Of a stretch of 64,000 bases of DNA, positions 24,329-32,993 are shown in pieces. The DNA comes from a virus. The DNA lies in IMG/VR virus record IMGVR_UViG_3300013114_000583, positions 32,001-96,000 of that record; one strand, written 5' to 3'. Below the pieces are notes generated by a model. The model was not told where the DNA came from and did no database searches. It saw nothing but the letters and a program-made list of their open reading frames with translations. The number at the start of each line of letters is the position of its first letter. Position 1 is the first letter of the stretch. A program made the translations under genes and the position numbers.

Positions 24329-24521
24329 TAAACATTCTGTACTCAGGGCCGAGTGAATCGACTAACTCAAGAGTTTCCTCGAAATCGTCAAACCAATAGA
24401 CACGCATCAAATGGTCACGCTCGGAGTGGTAACCCAACACCAAACCCATAATCCAGTCTGGTTCGGTGTCACAACCTTCGCACAAATTAAACTGAATTAG
24501 GTCGCCTCTTTTAAGACGCAC
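24306..24521 (-). CDS. MKVGDLV-family mini-protein
   Basis: LKRGDLI...GLVLG...RVYW; stop inside tRNA-Arg. Confidence 0.75.
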   Translation of the reverse strand: MRLKRGDLIQFNLCEGCDTEPDWIMGLVLGYHSERDHLMRVYWFDDFEETLELVDSLGPEYRMFSPGSSVG

Positions 24522-24711
24522 TTATAACCTCCAAGTCACTGGAACAGTTGGCGACGCACTCTCCGTTTTCCCAAAATACGAAGAAATATCTTGTGTTTCT
24601 ATCAAGGATGATGCCGCGCTGGCGTACATCGACGAGGCCAACAGTATCATAATTCACTGTGTGCCAAATTTCGTTTATTTCGTTCCATTTAACGAGATCG
24701 CCTATCTTCAT
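24511..24711 (-). CDS. MKVGDLV-family mini-protein
   Basis: MKIGDLVKW...DLEVISAS. Confidence 0.85.
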   Translation of the reverse strand: MKIGDLVKWNEINEIWHTVNYDTVGLVDVRQRGIILDRNTRYFFVFWENGECVANCSSDLEVISAS

Positions 24712-24914
24712 TCTTTTTTTATCTTCTTTAACATATGAACGGGGAGATCAACTATTTTTGTTTTATCCGACCAAGACATGTGAACGCGCCACCAACCGTC
24801 CGGAATTTCTTGTACAAGAATAGCTTTTGTTGCAATTTTCTCGTTTCTAACAAAGTGAGATGCGCCAGCGACGATCCACACCAGATCGCCCGGCTTAAAA
24901 GCCCCAGTCATCAT
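24708..24914 (-). CDS. MKVGDLV-family mini-protein
   Basis: MMTGAFKPGDLVW; start reassigned. Confidence 0.7.
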   Translation of the reverse strand: MMTGAFKPGDLVWIVAGASHFVRNEKIATKAILVQEIPDGWWRVHMSWSDKTKIVDLPVHMLKKIKKE

Positions 24915-25332
24915 CCATCCAATCAAAGGCCGGCTGATCATAATCCCGTGAACTTCGATGAAGGTCGGCCCGGGACTTTTTTGAAACAATAAATTGCGAA
25001 TCATGCTTACGCAAAAGACCATCGGCCATGGCTGGTAAATACGTCGGGTCGCCACCTTGAAAGATTCTTAGTTTTTCCCCACTTATAGTCGTTATAACAG
25101 GGTCTCCATTTTTTATTTCTCTTAGCTTTATTACTTCCTGGGCTGAAAGTTCTTTGTAAATGGTTTTTCCACCACTAGACAGCGGTACCCGAAATTTGCC
25201 AGATGCGTTTGACTTAATTATTACTCTTTCGTTTTTATACAAAAAAGAGATGTATTTAATTTTCGACAAGGGTCTTCCTCTTCGCTTTGATGTCAGACTC
25301 GTGAACATAAATCGGTGATGATGCGCCAGCAA
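24895..25332 (-). CDS. hypothetical protein (true start likely near 25270)
   Basis: ORF fills the gap; N-terminus overlaps the upstream gene. Confidence 0.55.
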   Translation of the reverse strand: MLAHHHRFMFTSLTSKRRGRPLSKIKYISFLYKNERVIIKSNASGKFRVPLSSGGKTIYKELSAQEVIKLREIKNGDPVITTISGEKLRIFQGGDPTYLPAMADGLLRKHDSQFIVSKKSRADLHRSSRDYDQPAFDWMDDDWGF

Positions 25333-25900
25333 GCAACAACTGATAAATTCTAGCTCCTTTGGCGGCGCGGGTTACAGGCTTCGCATCAACTCGCACGATG
25401 AAGCCGACCTTATCGCCGTCTTGAGACTTTGGTCCATACTTATTATAATTAGCTATGCCAATCTTATTTGTCTTACGGATCTGAACGCAGTCTCCCACCT
25501 GAAATTTCCGGCTTGAATCATATTCCTTTCGAATTTTCTTGGCATATTTGTTTTCGCAAAACGTATCCCACTCTTTCTTTGAGAGAGTGAACTTCTCAGG
25601 ATTCGCGAGAATCTTCATAACATAATTCGAATAATAAGGAGGGTTCGCCTCATAATAATAAGCCACGCGTTTGGCTGTTGTTCTGTGGGCATCAGACCAA
25701 TTTGCGTCCCACTTTTGACTTTCTAGAATAACCTCCTCAGAATATTTCTCTGAGATGGAATCCAACCAACTTTGTTGATTGTCAGATAAATAATGCCGAG
25801 ACACAAGGAAAGTTTTAGCAGATTGCATAAAGTTATATTCTTTTTCCGAACAGTGATTTTTTGTTCTGTGAATTAATTCTTCAAGCTGAATAATATTCAT
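25256..25900 (-). CDS. hypothetical protein with C-terminal SH3/KOW-like domain
   Basis: FQVGDCVQI...VGFIVRV...YQLL...VHESDIK. Confidence 0.8.
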   Translation of the reverse strand: MNIIQLEELIHRTKNHCSEKEYNFMQSAKTFLVSRHYLSDNQQSWLDSISEKYSEEVILESQKWDANWSDAHRTTAKRVAYYYEANPPYYSNYVMKILANPEKFTLSKKEWDTFCENKYAKKIRKEYDSSRKFQVGDCVQIRKTNKIGIANYNKYGPKSQDGDKVGFIVRVDAKPVTRAAKGARIYQLLLAGASSPIYVHESDIKAKRKTLVEN

Positions 25901-26073
25901 GCGTTTACTTTTTTAACTTCCCACGCCATAAGCTCAAACTTCTTGTCTTCAGTAAGTACGGTTAAAAGTAAATTAGACTCGCCGCCCTCAAAAATAGAAC
26001 TATTGATAACCGCCAACACCACACCGGGAAGGCCCGAGGGACAAACTACTAGATCTCCAACTTTTAGAGTCAT
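25897..26073 (-). CDS. MKVGDLV-family mini-protein, 58 aa (not in track)
   Basis: MTLKVGDLVVCPSGLPGVVLAV...; ATGA overlap. Confidence 0.75.
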   Translation of the reverse strand: MTLKVGDLVVCPSGLPGVVLAVINSSIFEGGESNLLLTVLTEDKKFELMAWEVKKVNA

Positions 26074-26106
26074 AAGAAAACCTTTTTAATTTTATGTACT
26101 TATATA

Positions 26107-26289
26107 TTACAACATTTTATTCTCATTGTCAACAAAATTTTCTTCTAATTCTTGACAATGTAGCCATATACCAGGATGTTTAACAAAGATCATAAAGGCC
26201 ATGAACCCCATCACTTTAAGGCATTGACCATAGCATTTATATCTTTTAGAATATAACATCTTGTGTACCTTGAGTTTTTCAGCCTTCAC
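26107..26289 (-). CDS. hypothetical protein
   Basis: GTGA overlap with the upstream gene. Confidence 0.55.
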   Translation of the reverse strand: MKAEKLKVHKMLYSKRYKCYGQCLKVMGFMAFMIFVKHPGIWLHCQELEENFVDNENKML

Positions 26290-26519
26290 AGTTCTTCTAT
26301 TCTGTCAACAAATTTTTGATTTTCGTCCGGTACAAGGCCCGGAGAAGATCTTGTAACCTGCTCTGGAAGCAATTCTGCCCACTCTTGATTTATTGGAAAA
26401 TATATCAAATATTTTCCAGTCGAACCTGTTTTTAAATAAATTCCTCGGCACTCTCGAACATTGAGGTCGAACAAATCGTAATCTACCAAAACCATGACAT
26501 CTTCGCCTTTGGTTATCAT
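26286..26519 (-). CDS. SH3-like hypothetical protein
   Basis: ITKGEDVMV...GIYL...YLIYF. Confidence 0.65.
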   Translation of the reverse strand: MITKGEDVMVLVDYDLFDLNVRECRGIYLKTGSTGKYLIYFPINQEWAELLPEQVTRSSPGLVPDENQKFVDRIEEL

Positions 26520-26812
26520 TTGTCACTTTCCCGCAAAATGGCACCTGAGTAGAGTCGGTCTGCAACTACTTGGCAAATCTGCAATCTCTCCTCCTCAACA
26601 TCCATACAATAGCTTTCATTTTGCTCAAGAACATCGCGTATATATATAAAAACTTTTTCATACACGTTTTGCGCCTGCGTAATCGTCTTTGAGTTTAAGT
26701 TATCCACTGTAAACCCGCTAACCGTTCTTAACCCATGGTCTGTCTCATGGGTGTCAGACCAGTGATATCCCTTTCCTTTTCTCACATTAGCCAATTCCAC
26801 TCTCCAAATCAT
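26516..26812 (-). CDS. hypothetical protein
   Basis: 98-aa ORF, coupled to neighbours. Confidence 0.6.
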   Translation of the reverse strand: MIWRVELANVRKGKGYHWSDTHETDHGLRTVSGFTVDNLNSKTITQAQNVYEKVFIYIRDVLEQNESYCMDVEEERLQICQVVADRLYSGAILRESDK

Positions 26813-26978
26813 TAGCCATTAACAAAATGGCATTTGCTAAATCAAATGCCGAGTCTAAATCTAAATCTATCCGTGTTTCCCCAAAAATAATCATAACACG
26901 CTTTTTTTCTCTAAAAACCTCAACTAAGGTAACGTCGCCAGAGGGCGTACTAACATACACTTCTTCCCTGTCGAACAA
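26787..26978 (-). CDS. hypothetical protein
   Basis: AAGGAAG SD. Confidence 0.6.
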   Translation of the reverse strand: MFDREEVYVSTPSGDVTLVEVFREKKRVMIIFGETRIDLDLDSAFDLANAILLMANDLESGIG

Positions 26979-27002
26979 GGTGCTCTTCCTTTCTAAATTT
27001 CA

Positions 27003-27212
27003 CTAAGATATCAAATCATTCGTTGGTCGAGTCAACGAAAAAAGGTTCCAATATTTGTACTTTTTTATCTGGCCTTCCAAAATTCCGGACACCATCAAAA
27101 CATTATAATAGTCATCAGGCAAAACCCCAACTATTCTCCCCTTCACATTTAGGGGACGACCAAAAGGATAATCTAAAATAAAAACTTCTTCATCTTTTTC
27201 ATAATCTGCCAT
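27003..27212 (-). CDS. SH3-like hypothetical protein
   Basis: YEKDEEVFI...GRIVGV...YYNVL. Confidence 0.65.
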   Translation of the reverse strand: MADYEKDEEVFILDYPFGRPLNVKGRIVGVLPDDYYNVLMVSGILEGQIKKYKYWNLFSLTRPTNDLIS

Positions 27213-27224
27213 AACTTTATTCTA

Positions 27225-27803
27225 TCACAAGCTATTCATATCTTTAACAGCTTTCAAATTTTTATAAAGTTTGGAAGAAGCACGATTAGTATATAAGATT
27301 TCAATATAGAAGCCCTCATCATCGCCTATGAGTCTGGAGTTTATTATAAATAATTTGTTTCGCCACACATTTCTTACAGAGTATAAGCCTAGTTTCACTG
27401 GGTAACAAGCCGCGGCATAGATCAGCTCGTCGATCACTGGATCTTTTTCTATCTCTTTGTATACAAACAATCCATATTTTTTATTCAGCATCCTAACAAC
27501 TTGCTTATATTTGATGACACAGTTGTGCTCGTCGATGCCTTCAGGGCCCAGAATAAGCAGAGCTGTTGCAATTCGTTTTCTTGCGAAATTAACCTGAAGC
27601 TCTGGTTGCATACCTGCAATATCTTTAGTCCCAACAAAAACCCACTGCCCCCATGACAAAGAGCCCATGTAATACTTATATCCCTTCGGAACTTCCAGCA
27701 CCTCGTACTCTTTGTCCCATTTTAAGTTAAGTGGTGTCGCGGTGGCAAAAGACACACAAAACATAAATAAGATGAGGAACATGGCACGGAGGTATTTAAT
27801 CAT
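27225..27803 (-). CDS. secreted hypothetical protein
   Basis: Signal peptide MIKYLRAMFLILFMFCVSFATA. Confidence 0.7.
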   Translation of the reverse strand: MIKYLRAMFLILFMFCVSFATATPLNLKWDKEYEVLEVPKGYKYYMGSLSWGQWVFVGTKDIAGMQPELQVNFARKRIATALLILGPEGIDEHNCVIKYKQVVRMLNKKYGLFVYKEIEKDPVIDELIYAAACYPVKLGLYSVRNVWRNKLFIINSRLIGDDEGFYIEILYTNRASSKLYKNLKAVKDMNSL

Positions 27804-27840
27804 TTTTTACAACAGTGAAGGCCCTAATTTTTTAAAACAA

Positions 27841-28239
27841 TTAACTGTCATCCTTAACACCCTTGCCCAGCCAACGAGCATTACGACCGCGAATATCGTA
27901 ATGAGTAAAAGTTGTGTATAAACCGATGCCGCCTGAATCCATGTGGCCGCTCTTTATTAAAGAAACAATTATGTCCTTTACCGTACTAGGCTGAAGTCCT
28001 GGAATTTTAATGTCGGCTGCCTTAGCAAGCAAATGTTGGCTGCGACGTGCGCCTTTGATTTTTGTGTTGTACTTTTTTGTTCTATAGCCGCTTATCACGA
28101 TAATGGGCCTTTGAACATAGTTTCTCAAAACTTGAAGATTTTTTGCTAATTTTTTAACATTTTCTATTAAATAATCCGGCACTGGCGTCCCATCCCTACA
28201 CATGAACTCCTTCAAATGAAAATTTTCTTCTAACTTCAT
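27841..28239 (-). CDS. peptidase M15A (Zn D-Ala-D-Ala carboxypeptidase-like), probable endolysin
   Basis: NFHLKEF..SGYR..N..GA..SQHLLAKAADI..GIGLYTTFTHYDIRG. Confidence 0.92.
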   Translation of the reverse strand: MKLEENFHLKEFMCRDGTPVPDYLIENVKKLAKNLQVLRNYVQRPIIVISGYRTKKYNTKIKGARRSQHLLAKAADIKIPGLQPSTVKDIIVSLIKSGHMDSGGIGLYTTFTHYDIRGRNARWLGKGVKDDS

Positions 28240-28514
28240 TTGTCTCCGGCCTCCAGCAGCGGGCAGCTCTTAACTTGCCATTCCAGTTGTCGATTGCCGG
28301 TGCAGTCTTCAGAAGTCAAAAGCCAACAATATTTGTGTGGCGCGCCGGGGGCAAAACACTCGTCTGAGCAGACTTTTCCATGATGTGAAGAGTGTGGGTT
28401 ATGGCACACCCAAACCTCGCTTAGAGGCTCGTTTAAGCCCTCGTGAGAGAGACCCTCTTCTGTAAACGGTTGACAACCAACCAAAATAAATGACAACACC
28501 AATAGATACTTCAT
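28236..28514 (-). CDS. small Cys-rich lipoprotein
   Basis: Lipobox LVGC and 6 further Cys; coupled to the M15 peptidase. Confidence 0.7.
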   Translation of the reverse strand: MKYLLVLSFILVGCQPFTEEGLSHEGLNEPLSEVWVCHNPHSSHHGKVCSDECFAPGAPHKYCWLLTSEDCTGNRQLEWQVKSCPLLEAGDK

Positions 28515-28696
28515 TCAAATGAATCCTGAGTCGAATACGGGATCATATAAAATTTTCCTGACAAAGCGTCCAAGATCCCATCTATTAAATTTTCTATGGC
28601 CGCGGCAGAATTTAAATTTATTTGTACATCTTTTGCTTTTGAAAATTCTTTTCTCAAAACTCCTCTGGCCTCCTCTTTAAACTCTTTTTTTAGCAT
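28511..28696 (-). CDS. hypothetical protein
   Basis: QINLNSAAA motif; ATGA overlap. Confidence 0.6.
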   Translation of the reverse strand: MLKKEFKEEARGVLRKEFSKAKDVQINLNSAAAIENLIDGILDALSGKFYMIPYSTQDSFE

Positions 28697-28705
28697 AACA
28701 CAGCT

Positions 28706-29017
28706 TTAAAGCATCTTTTTCAAAAAATGCTTGTTCTTTCCTTTCTCTAAACCAACAAAATAATTTTTTGGGAAGACTGAACGGAGAGTCTTCTCCAGCA
28801 AATAGCGCGGTTTGCGGTACTTTTGGGCTGCTATCTGCGTAGCTGAGCCGATCCCATAACCCTTTACTATAATATACCATATAGCGCGGTTACATGCAAG
28901 TTTATTTTTTCCCTCAATTTTCACTTCTTTATTTTTGTATTTAATGGCACTTGGAAGTGAATCTTGTAGGGCTCTCAGCAATATTTCAATTTTGTCTTTA
29001 TCATTAATCTCAATCAC
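28706..29017 (-). CDS. basic hypothetical protein, possible HTH
   Basis: 103 aa, coupled to the upstream gene. Confidence 0.6.
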   Translation of the reverse strand: MIEINDKDKIEILLRALQDSLPSAIKYKNKEVKIEGKNKLACNRAIWYIIVKGYGIGSATQIAAQKYRKPRYLLEKTLRSVFPKNYFVGLEKGKNKHFLKKML

Positions 29018-29643
29018 AACAACTCTCTTTCGTCTACTAAAGTATATGTAAAATTATTTCCCCAGCGCGCTGCTGCTTCGGTGCAAGTTTCCATAAAATG
29101 ATAAAAATCCAAACTAGACTGAAAAACCTGACAACCGGCGGAAACTCCGTTTGTGTATTCGCGGTCATCGGGGCCCCACTGACGATGTATGTTGATGCCA
29201 AAGAATCCCGTCTCCACTAAGCCTTCGTAATCTGGGGACCTATCTCTATTATTATCTCTCCAAACTGAAACGGGCGCGCCACGTTGAACCAGTGCTCGAT
29301 ACTTGCGCCTACCGCCATGAGTGCCAATCCGATATGCTGAGCGGTATTGGTTCGGAACAAGTATAGCCGTGCCCTTATGTGCAACCGACGCCAAGGGGCG
29401 ACGGAGGATATTTGGGCCAGGCTCCGTGGTTATAAAGTATATATCAACAATCCAATCACCCTCTTCTTTGTAAAAAACATTTAATTTATCATCAAAATGA
29501 TCTGCTAAGCCCGAATCGTTCCTAACTCCAACAATGTTTAAATTAAAATCCCCATTTTTAAAAAAAGCATAACCCAAGTCATCAAAGGCGTCTTTATACA
29601 GCTCCTTCATCTCAAGAGCGTCTTCTCCCGTTAAAGTTATCAT
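29014..29643 (-). CDS. L,D-transpeptidase (YkuD)-like cell-wall enzyme
   Basis: LNIVGVR..FDD..TTEPG..GINIH-X14-SAGCQV His/Cys motif. Confidence 0.65.
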   Translation of the reverse strand: MITLTGEDALEMKELYKDAFDDLGYAFFKNGDFNLNIVGVRNDSGLADHFDDKLNVFYKEEGDWIVDIYFITTEPGPNILRRPLASVAHKGTAILVPNQYRSAYRIGTHGGRRKYRALVQRGAPVSVWRDNNRDRSPDYEGLVETGFFGINIHRQWGPDDREYTNGVSAGCQVFQSSLDFYHFMETCTEAAARWGNNFTYTLVDERELL

Positions 29644-30065
29644 AATGGCAACTCCGATACTACTATCTCTCCATAATTAGAAACAGACGGCCTTGAATGC
29701 CATTTATATTCTTCAACAACTTGTCGGACCAATCGTGACATCACGGGAGAGTCACCGGTAATTATAGTGCAGGGTAGATCTACAAAATTTAAAAAAACCC
29801 TCACTTTTTCATCCACATCTGCGTGTTTTGTTCCATGTAAATCTAGAACCCTATCTTTTCTTTGCTTCTTTCTCATTCCCTTCGCTTCCTGAATTTTTAT
29901 CAAACCAGTGTCAATATTTCTCCAGGCGCGACGCTTTGAAATTCTCCGCTCTCCGCCTGCCATAAAATAATACCAATATTTTTTTGTTTGTTTTAACAAA
30001 AGAGCCTGCTTTTTTAAAGAATCAACAACCAGCAAATCTCCCACTTTGATATTTTTTATTCGCAT
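29640..30065 (-). CDS. KVGDL domain fused to an Smr-like domain
   Basis: IKVGDLL N-terminus; LDLHG...IITGDS Smr motifs. Confidence 0.75.
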   Translation of the reverse strand: MRIKNIKVGDLLVVDSLKKQALLLKQTKKYWYYFMAGGERRISKRRAWRNIDTGLIKIQEAKGMRKKQRKDRVLDLHGTKHADVDEKVRVFLNFVDLPCTIITGDSPVMSRLVRQVVEEYKWHSRPSVSNYGEIVVSELPL

Positions 30066-30331
30066 TTCTTAATCATCGGATATACCCATTTCACTGATAC
30101 ATAACCTAATGTATCACTTATCGCTGATTTTGTCAAATAGTTTTTTTTAAAATAACTTTCATATTTAGTGCCAGGGAGCATATGAATCAAAGCTAGGTGA
30201 CAAGGAGAAGTAAGGCCTTTTTTTACTTCCTTCGAACCCAATAAGATTCCCCTCCAATCTTTGCCATAAAGAAGATGAAACACGAGATCACCGACGATCA
30301 ATCCTTTGCTGTTCAATGTCTCGATCAACAT
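30056..30331 (-). CDS. MKVGDLV-family protein
   Basis: LIVGDLVFH...GILLG. Confidence 0.7.
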   Translation of the reverse strand: MLIETLNSKGLIVGDLVFHLLYGKDWRGILLGSKEVKKGLTSPCHLALIHMLPGTKYESYFKKNYLTKSAISDTLGYVSVKWVYPMIKKCE

Positions 30332-30478
30332 ACTCGTTTACAACCCCTAAAATAATTAAGGACAATAACCACAGAATTATCATAAAATTTAAAGTTTTAT
30401 CATTAAAAAACATCAGATCCCTTAGCTAACACCAAAAATACAGCAAATATTAAAGCAATTATCTTATAAGCTAAATTT

Positions 30479-31051
30479 TCAACACAAAAATTCATAAGAA
30501 ACCATCTTCGTAAGTTTTGACATTTTATAAGAACAAGAAGCAACAATATCAGCTCTATTCCTCAACTCTGCATCTAAAGCGCACTTCCTCAATAACAAAA
30601 AACATTTTTCACAATTTATATAAAACTCAAAAACCTTCAATAGATTTTCATATGCCGAGCCAACAATGGAATCAGACACATCTGAGAATGAAATGTTATT
30701 TTTGTTAACACAGAATTCCAACACCACATTGGAGGCCGCGGCGGTGCCCAGATGATCGTTAAATTTCATTGCAATAGAGAAATTTCTCAACTTTATTTGC
30801 CTTAAGCTGCAAAATTCCTCTGAGTAGTGCCCAAGCAAACCTTCACAAATGGCGTCAACAAAACCATGACCAAAAGCGGAGACCTCCTTTAAAGTGTCGT
30901 TCTCAAAAAACGTAAAAGTGGCACCTGTTGTTATTTCATCAGAGGATTCATATATAGATATGTTCTTTTTTTTTAAAATAATCTTCCCATCTTTTAAAAT
31001 CTCCGAGGTCAAGGCATCTATATTCTGTCTCATGACATCGTGAATTAACAT
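30479..31051 (-). CDS. stand-alone LeuA/CimA regulatory-domain-like protein
   Basis: GHGFVDAI...LRNFSI...LGTAAA.V...SDSIVGSA pattern. Confidence 0.55.
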   Translation of the reverse strand: MLIHDVMRQNIDALTSEILKDGKIILKKKNISIYESSDEITTGATFTFFENDTLKEVSAFGHGFVDAICEGLLGHYSEEFCSLRQIKLRNFSIAMKFNDHLGTAAASNVVLEFCVNKNNISFSDVSDSIVGSAYENLLKVFEFYINCEKCFLLLRKCALDAELRNRADIVASCSYKMSKLTKMVSYEFLC

Positions 31052-31056
31052 GGGCT

Positions 31057-31428
31057 CTATTCCACCCTTTCTAGACCTGGGCTTACTCTATAAATTCTAT
31101 TTACATTTTTTACTTTTCTTATGTTTCTGAGAATTTGCGTTTTTACTTCCTCCGGTATCGAAAATTCCCCAGGGACCGAGGAGACATATTTAAGAGACAT
31201 CCCTGCAACATAGTTTCGTTCCGATATATTCTCGTTCCCTTTGATCACTGATACAATCGTGACATTCGGTATAGACCGAATGTCAGTCGCTATATCATCC
31301 AAGCCTCTCTGTTGTTGGCCTGTGTCGATAGTGTAACCAATCATAAACAAAAATTTGTAAATCCCCCTTTGGCGGGAACGGCCTCGCTCTTCTTCGAGGT
31401 AATTGTTCCATTTTTTTTGAAAGTTCAC
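31057..31428 (-). CDS. hypothetical protein, putative virion-associated
   Basis: KWNNYLEEE leader; DIRSIPNVTIV; CTATTTA upstream. Confidence 0.7.
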   Translation of the reverse strand: MNFQKKWNNYLEEERGRSRQRGIYKFLFMIGYTIDTGQQQRGLDDIATDIRSIPNVTIVSVIKGNENISERNYVAGMSLKYVSSVPGEFSIPEEVKTQILRNIRKVKNVNRIYRVSPGLERVE

Positions 31429-31454
31429 TAAATTGCCCCCTTATTTATAAATAG

Positions 31455-31793
31455 TTAATAATAAATTTGAATGAACAGAATCATCAAAGATAAGCCGACA
31501 CACGACATGGTTTTAAAAGTAAACATAGATTCACCTAACAAAAACCACGTCAACAGCGGAAAAACTATAAAACCAGTGCAAGACCCTATAAAGCGCGCAG
31601 TCCAAACTGACATAGTCTCTTCTGACACTAGCTTCCAAGCATACCAAAAAAGAATGCTAGTTGGGATGCCGAAGGTGAGAGCGGCAGTGATGGGCCTGTT
31701 CTCCCATCCAACATTTAATTTTTGGGTATTCAACTGGAACCACCCAAAAATTTGGCCGGCGAAAAATAATACTATACCGAAAGCGAGATTCAC
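31455..31793 (-). CDS. small 4-TM membrane protein, DMT-like
   Basis: Four TM helices; WFLLGES motif. Confidence 0.7.
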   Translation of the reverse strand: MNLAFGIVLFFAGQIFGWFQLNTQKLNVGWENRPITAALTFGIPTSILFWYAWKLVSEETMSVWTARFIGSCTGFIVFPLLTWFLLGESMFTFKTMSCVGLSLMILFIQIYY

Positions 31794-31794
31794 T

Positions 31795-32145
31795 TTAATG
31801 AGAGTCCATGCTTATGCTATAAGAAGATAACTCTCTTTTTAACATTCTAATACTTTGATAACATGATTTGAGAGACATAAGGCTAATTGGATCAGCTCGA
31901 TATATATTTTCTTCTACCTGGTTATTCTCTTCAAATATAATTCTTAGTGTTGTTTCTGCGAGCTTTAAAGAAGACACAAGCTCGCATGTGATATTAATTG
32001 CATCTTGGTTATTAGCAACCACCACTGTAGAATTCAGAAGATCATTTAAAATTTTATAGCTTTTTTGCATACCTAAGTCAAGATTGCCAAACACAGACAA
32101 AGTTTCAGCCTTCTTAATCAGGAATTCTTCCTTATCCTCCGACAC
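31795..32145 (-). CDS. hypothetical protein
   Basis: 116-aa helical ORF. Confidence 0.65.
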   Translation of the reverse strand: MSEDKEEFLIKKAETLSVFGNLDLGMQKSYKILNDLLNSTVVVANNQDAINITCELVSSLKLAETTLRIIFEENNQVEENIYRADPISLMSLKSCYQSIRMLKRELSSYSISMDSH

Positions 32146-32157
32146 CTTTTCCGCCTT

Positions 32158-32409
32158 TTAATTCTCCAAGTGTTCTACTAGGTCGTTGTATCCGCCAAGA
32201 AAGATCGGATCCTTTTCTGGGGTAAACTTAAAAACCATCGGGACCGTGTTCCAATCATATTTGTTAACATACTCCATCAACAGGGCCCTGTTTTCTTCTA
32301 AATCTCGAAAATGAAATTCCAAAGATTTAGATTCAAGATACTCCTTTGCTTTCACACAATACGGGCAGCTGGTTCGACCCACAATATAAAAAATTTCCCG
32401 ATCAACCAT
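32158..32409 (-). CDS. grx: glutaredoxin
   Basis: CPYC, TVP, LGGYNDL. Confidence 0.92.
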   Translation of the reverse strand: MVDREIFYIVGRTSCPYCVKAKEYLESKSLEFHFRDLEENRALLMEYVNKYDWNTVPMVFKFTPEKDPIFLGGYNDLVEHLEN

Positions 32410-32692
32410 TTAACAACTCTTTGTCTTCTGTCTCTGCGGGTTCAGCATATTTTGTTTGCATATAAGACTTTAAAATACCACTCACATCCATCATGGAAAC
32501 GTCAATACTATATAGTTTTTTCCTAAAATCATCAATAACATCTATTGATTCAGACAAGTTATTGTCTTCAAATTCATGTTTTTCCAGATCTCTTATGAAT
32601 TCCTTTACGGCACCTACATTTGCAAGCGCAATTCTCCCAACTTCCTCCAATACTTCATCAAAATTTACAGTATAAGCTATTTTTACTTTCAT
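32402..32692 (-). CDS. hypothetical coiled-coil protein
   Basis: Start MKVKIAY at 32692 after GGAGG. Confidence 0.7.
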   Translation of the reverse strand: MKVKIAYTVNFDEVLEEVGRIALANVGAVKEFIRDLEKHEFEDNNLSESIDVIDDFRKKLYSIDVSMMDVSGILKSYMQTKYAEPAETEDKELLNG

Positions 32693-32967
32693 GGTCCTCC
32701 TACAGACTTTAATATTATTGCCCCAATAATCCCCACAGTTGTAGTGAAGAGGGTCCAAATCATTCTACTGCTCGTACCTTTCCAAGACTCTAGGGCTCTA
32801 ATTCGAGCATAAAGACCCTCGTCTGGATTGTACACTGCTTCTCTTATTTTGGATATGTCTTCCAAAATTTCTTCCTGCTTTTCCTTCACTGACTCCATAC
32901 CGTTACAGAGTCTATCAAGCTGAGTCTTCATTTCAATCAAGTGAACGATCCCCTTATCTTCTATCAT
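32689..32967 (-). CDS. coiled coil plus C-terminal TM protein, holin/XhlA-like
   Basis: GLYARIRALE followed by a single TM; GGAGG SD. Confidence 0.55.
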   Translation of the reverse strand: MIEDKGIVHLIEMKTQLDRLCNGMESVKEKQEEILEDISKIREAVYNPDEGLYARIRALESWKGTSSRMIWTLFTTTVGIIGAIILKSVGGP

Positions 32968-32993
32968 AACGTAACCTCCAAAGATAACCTATA

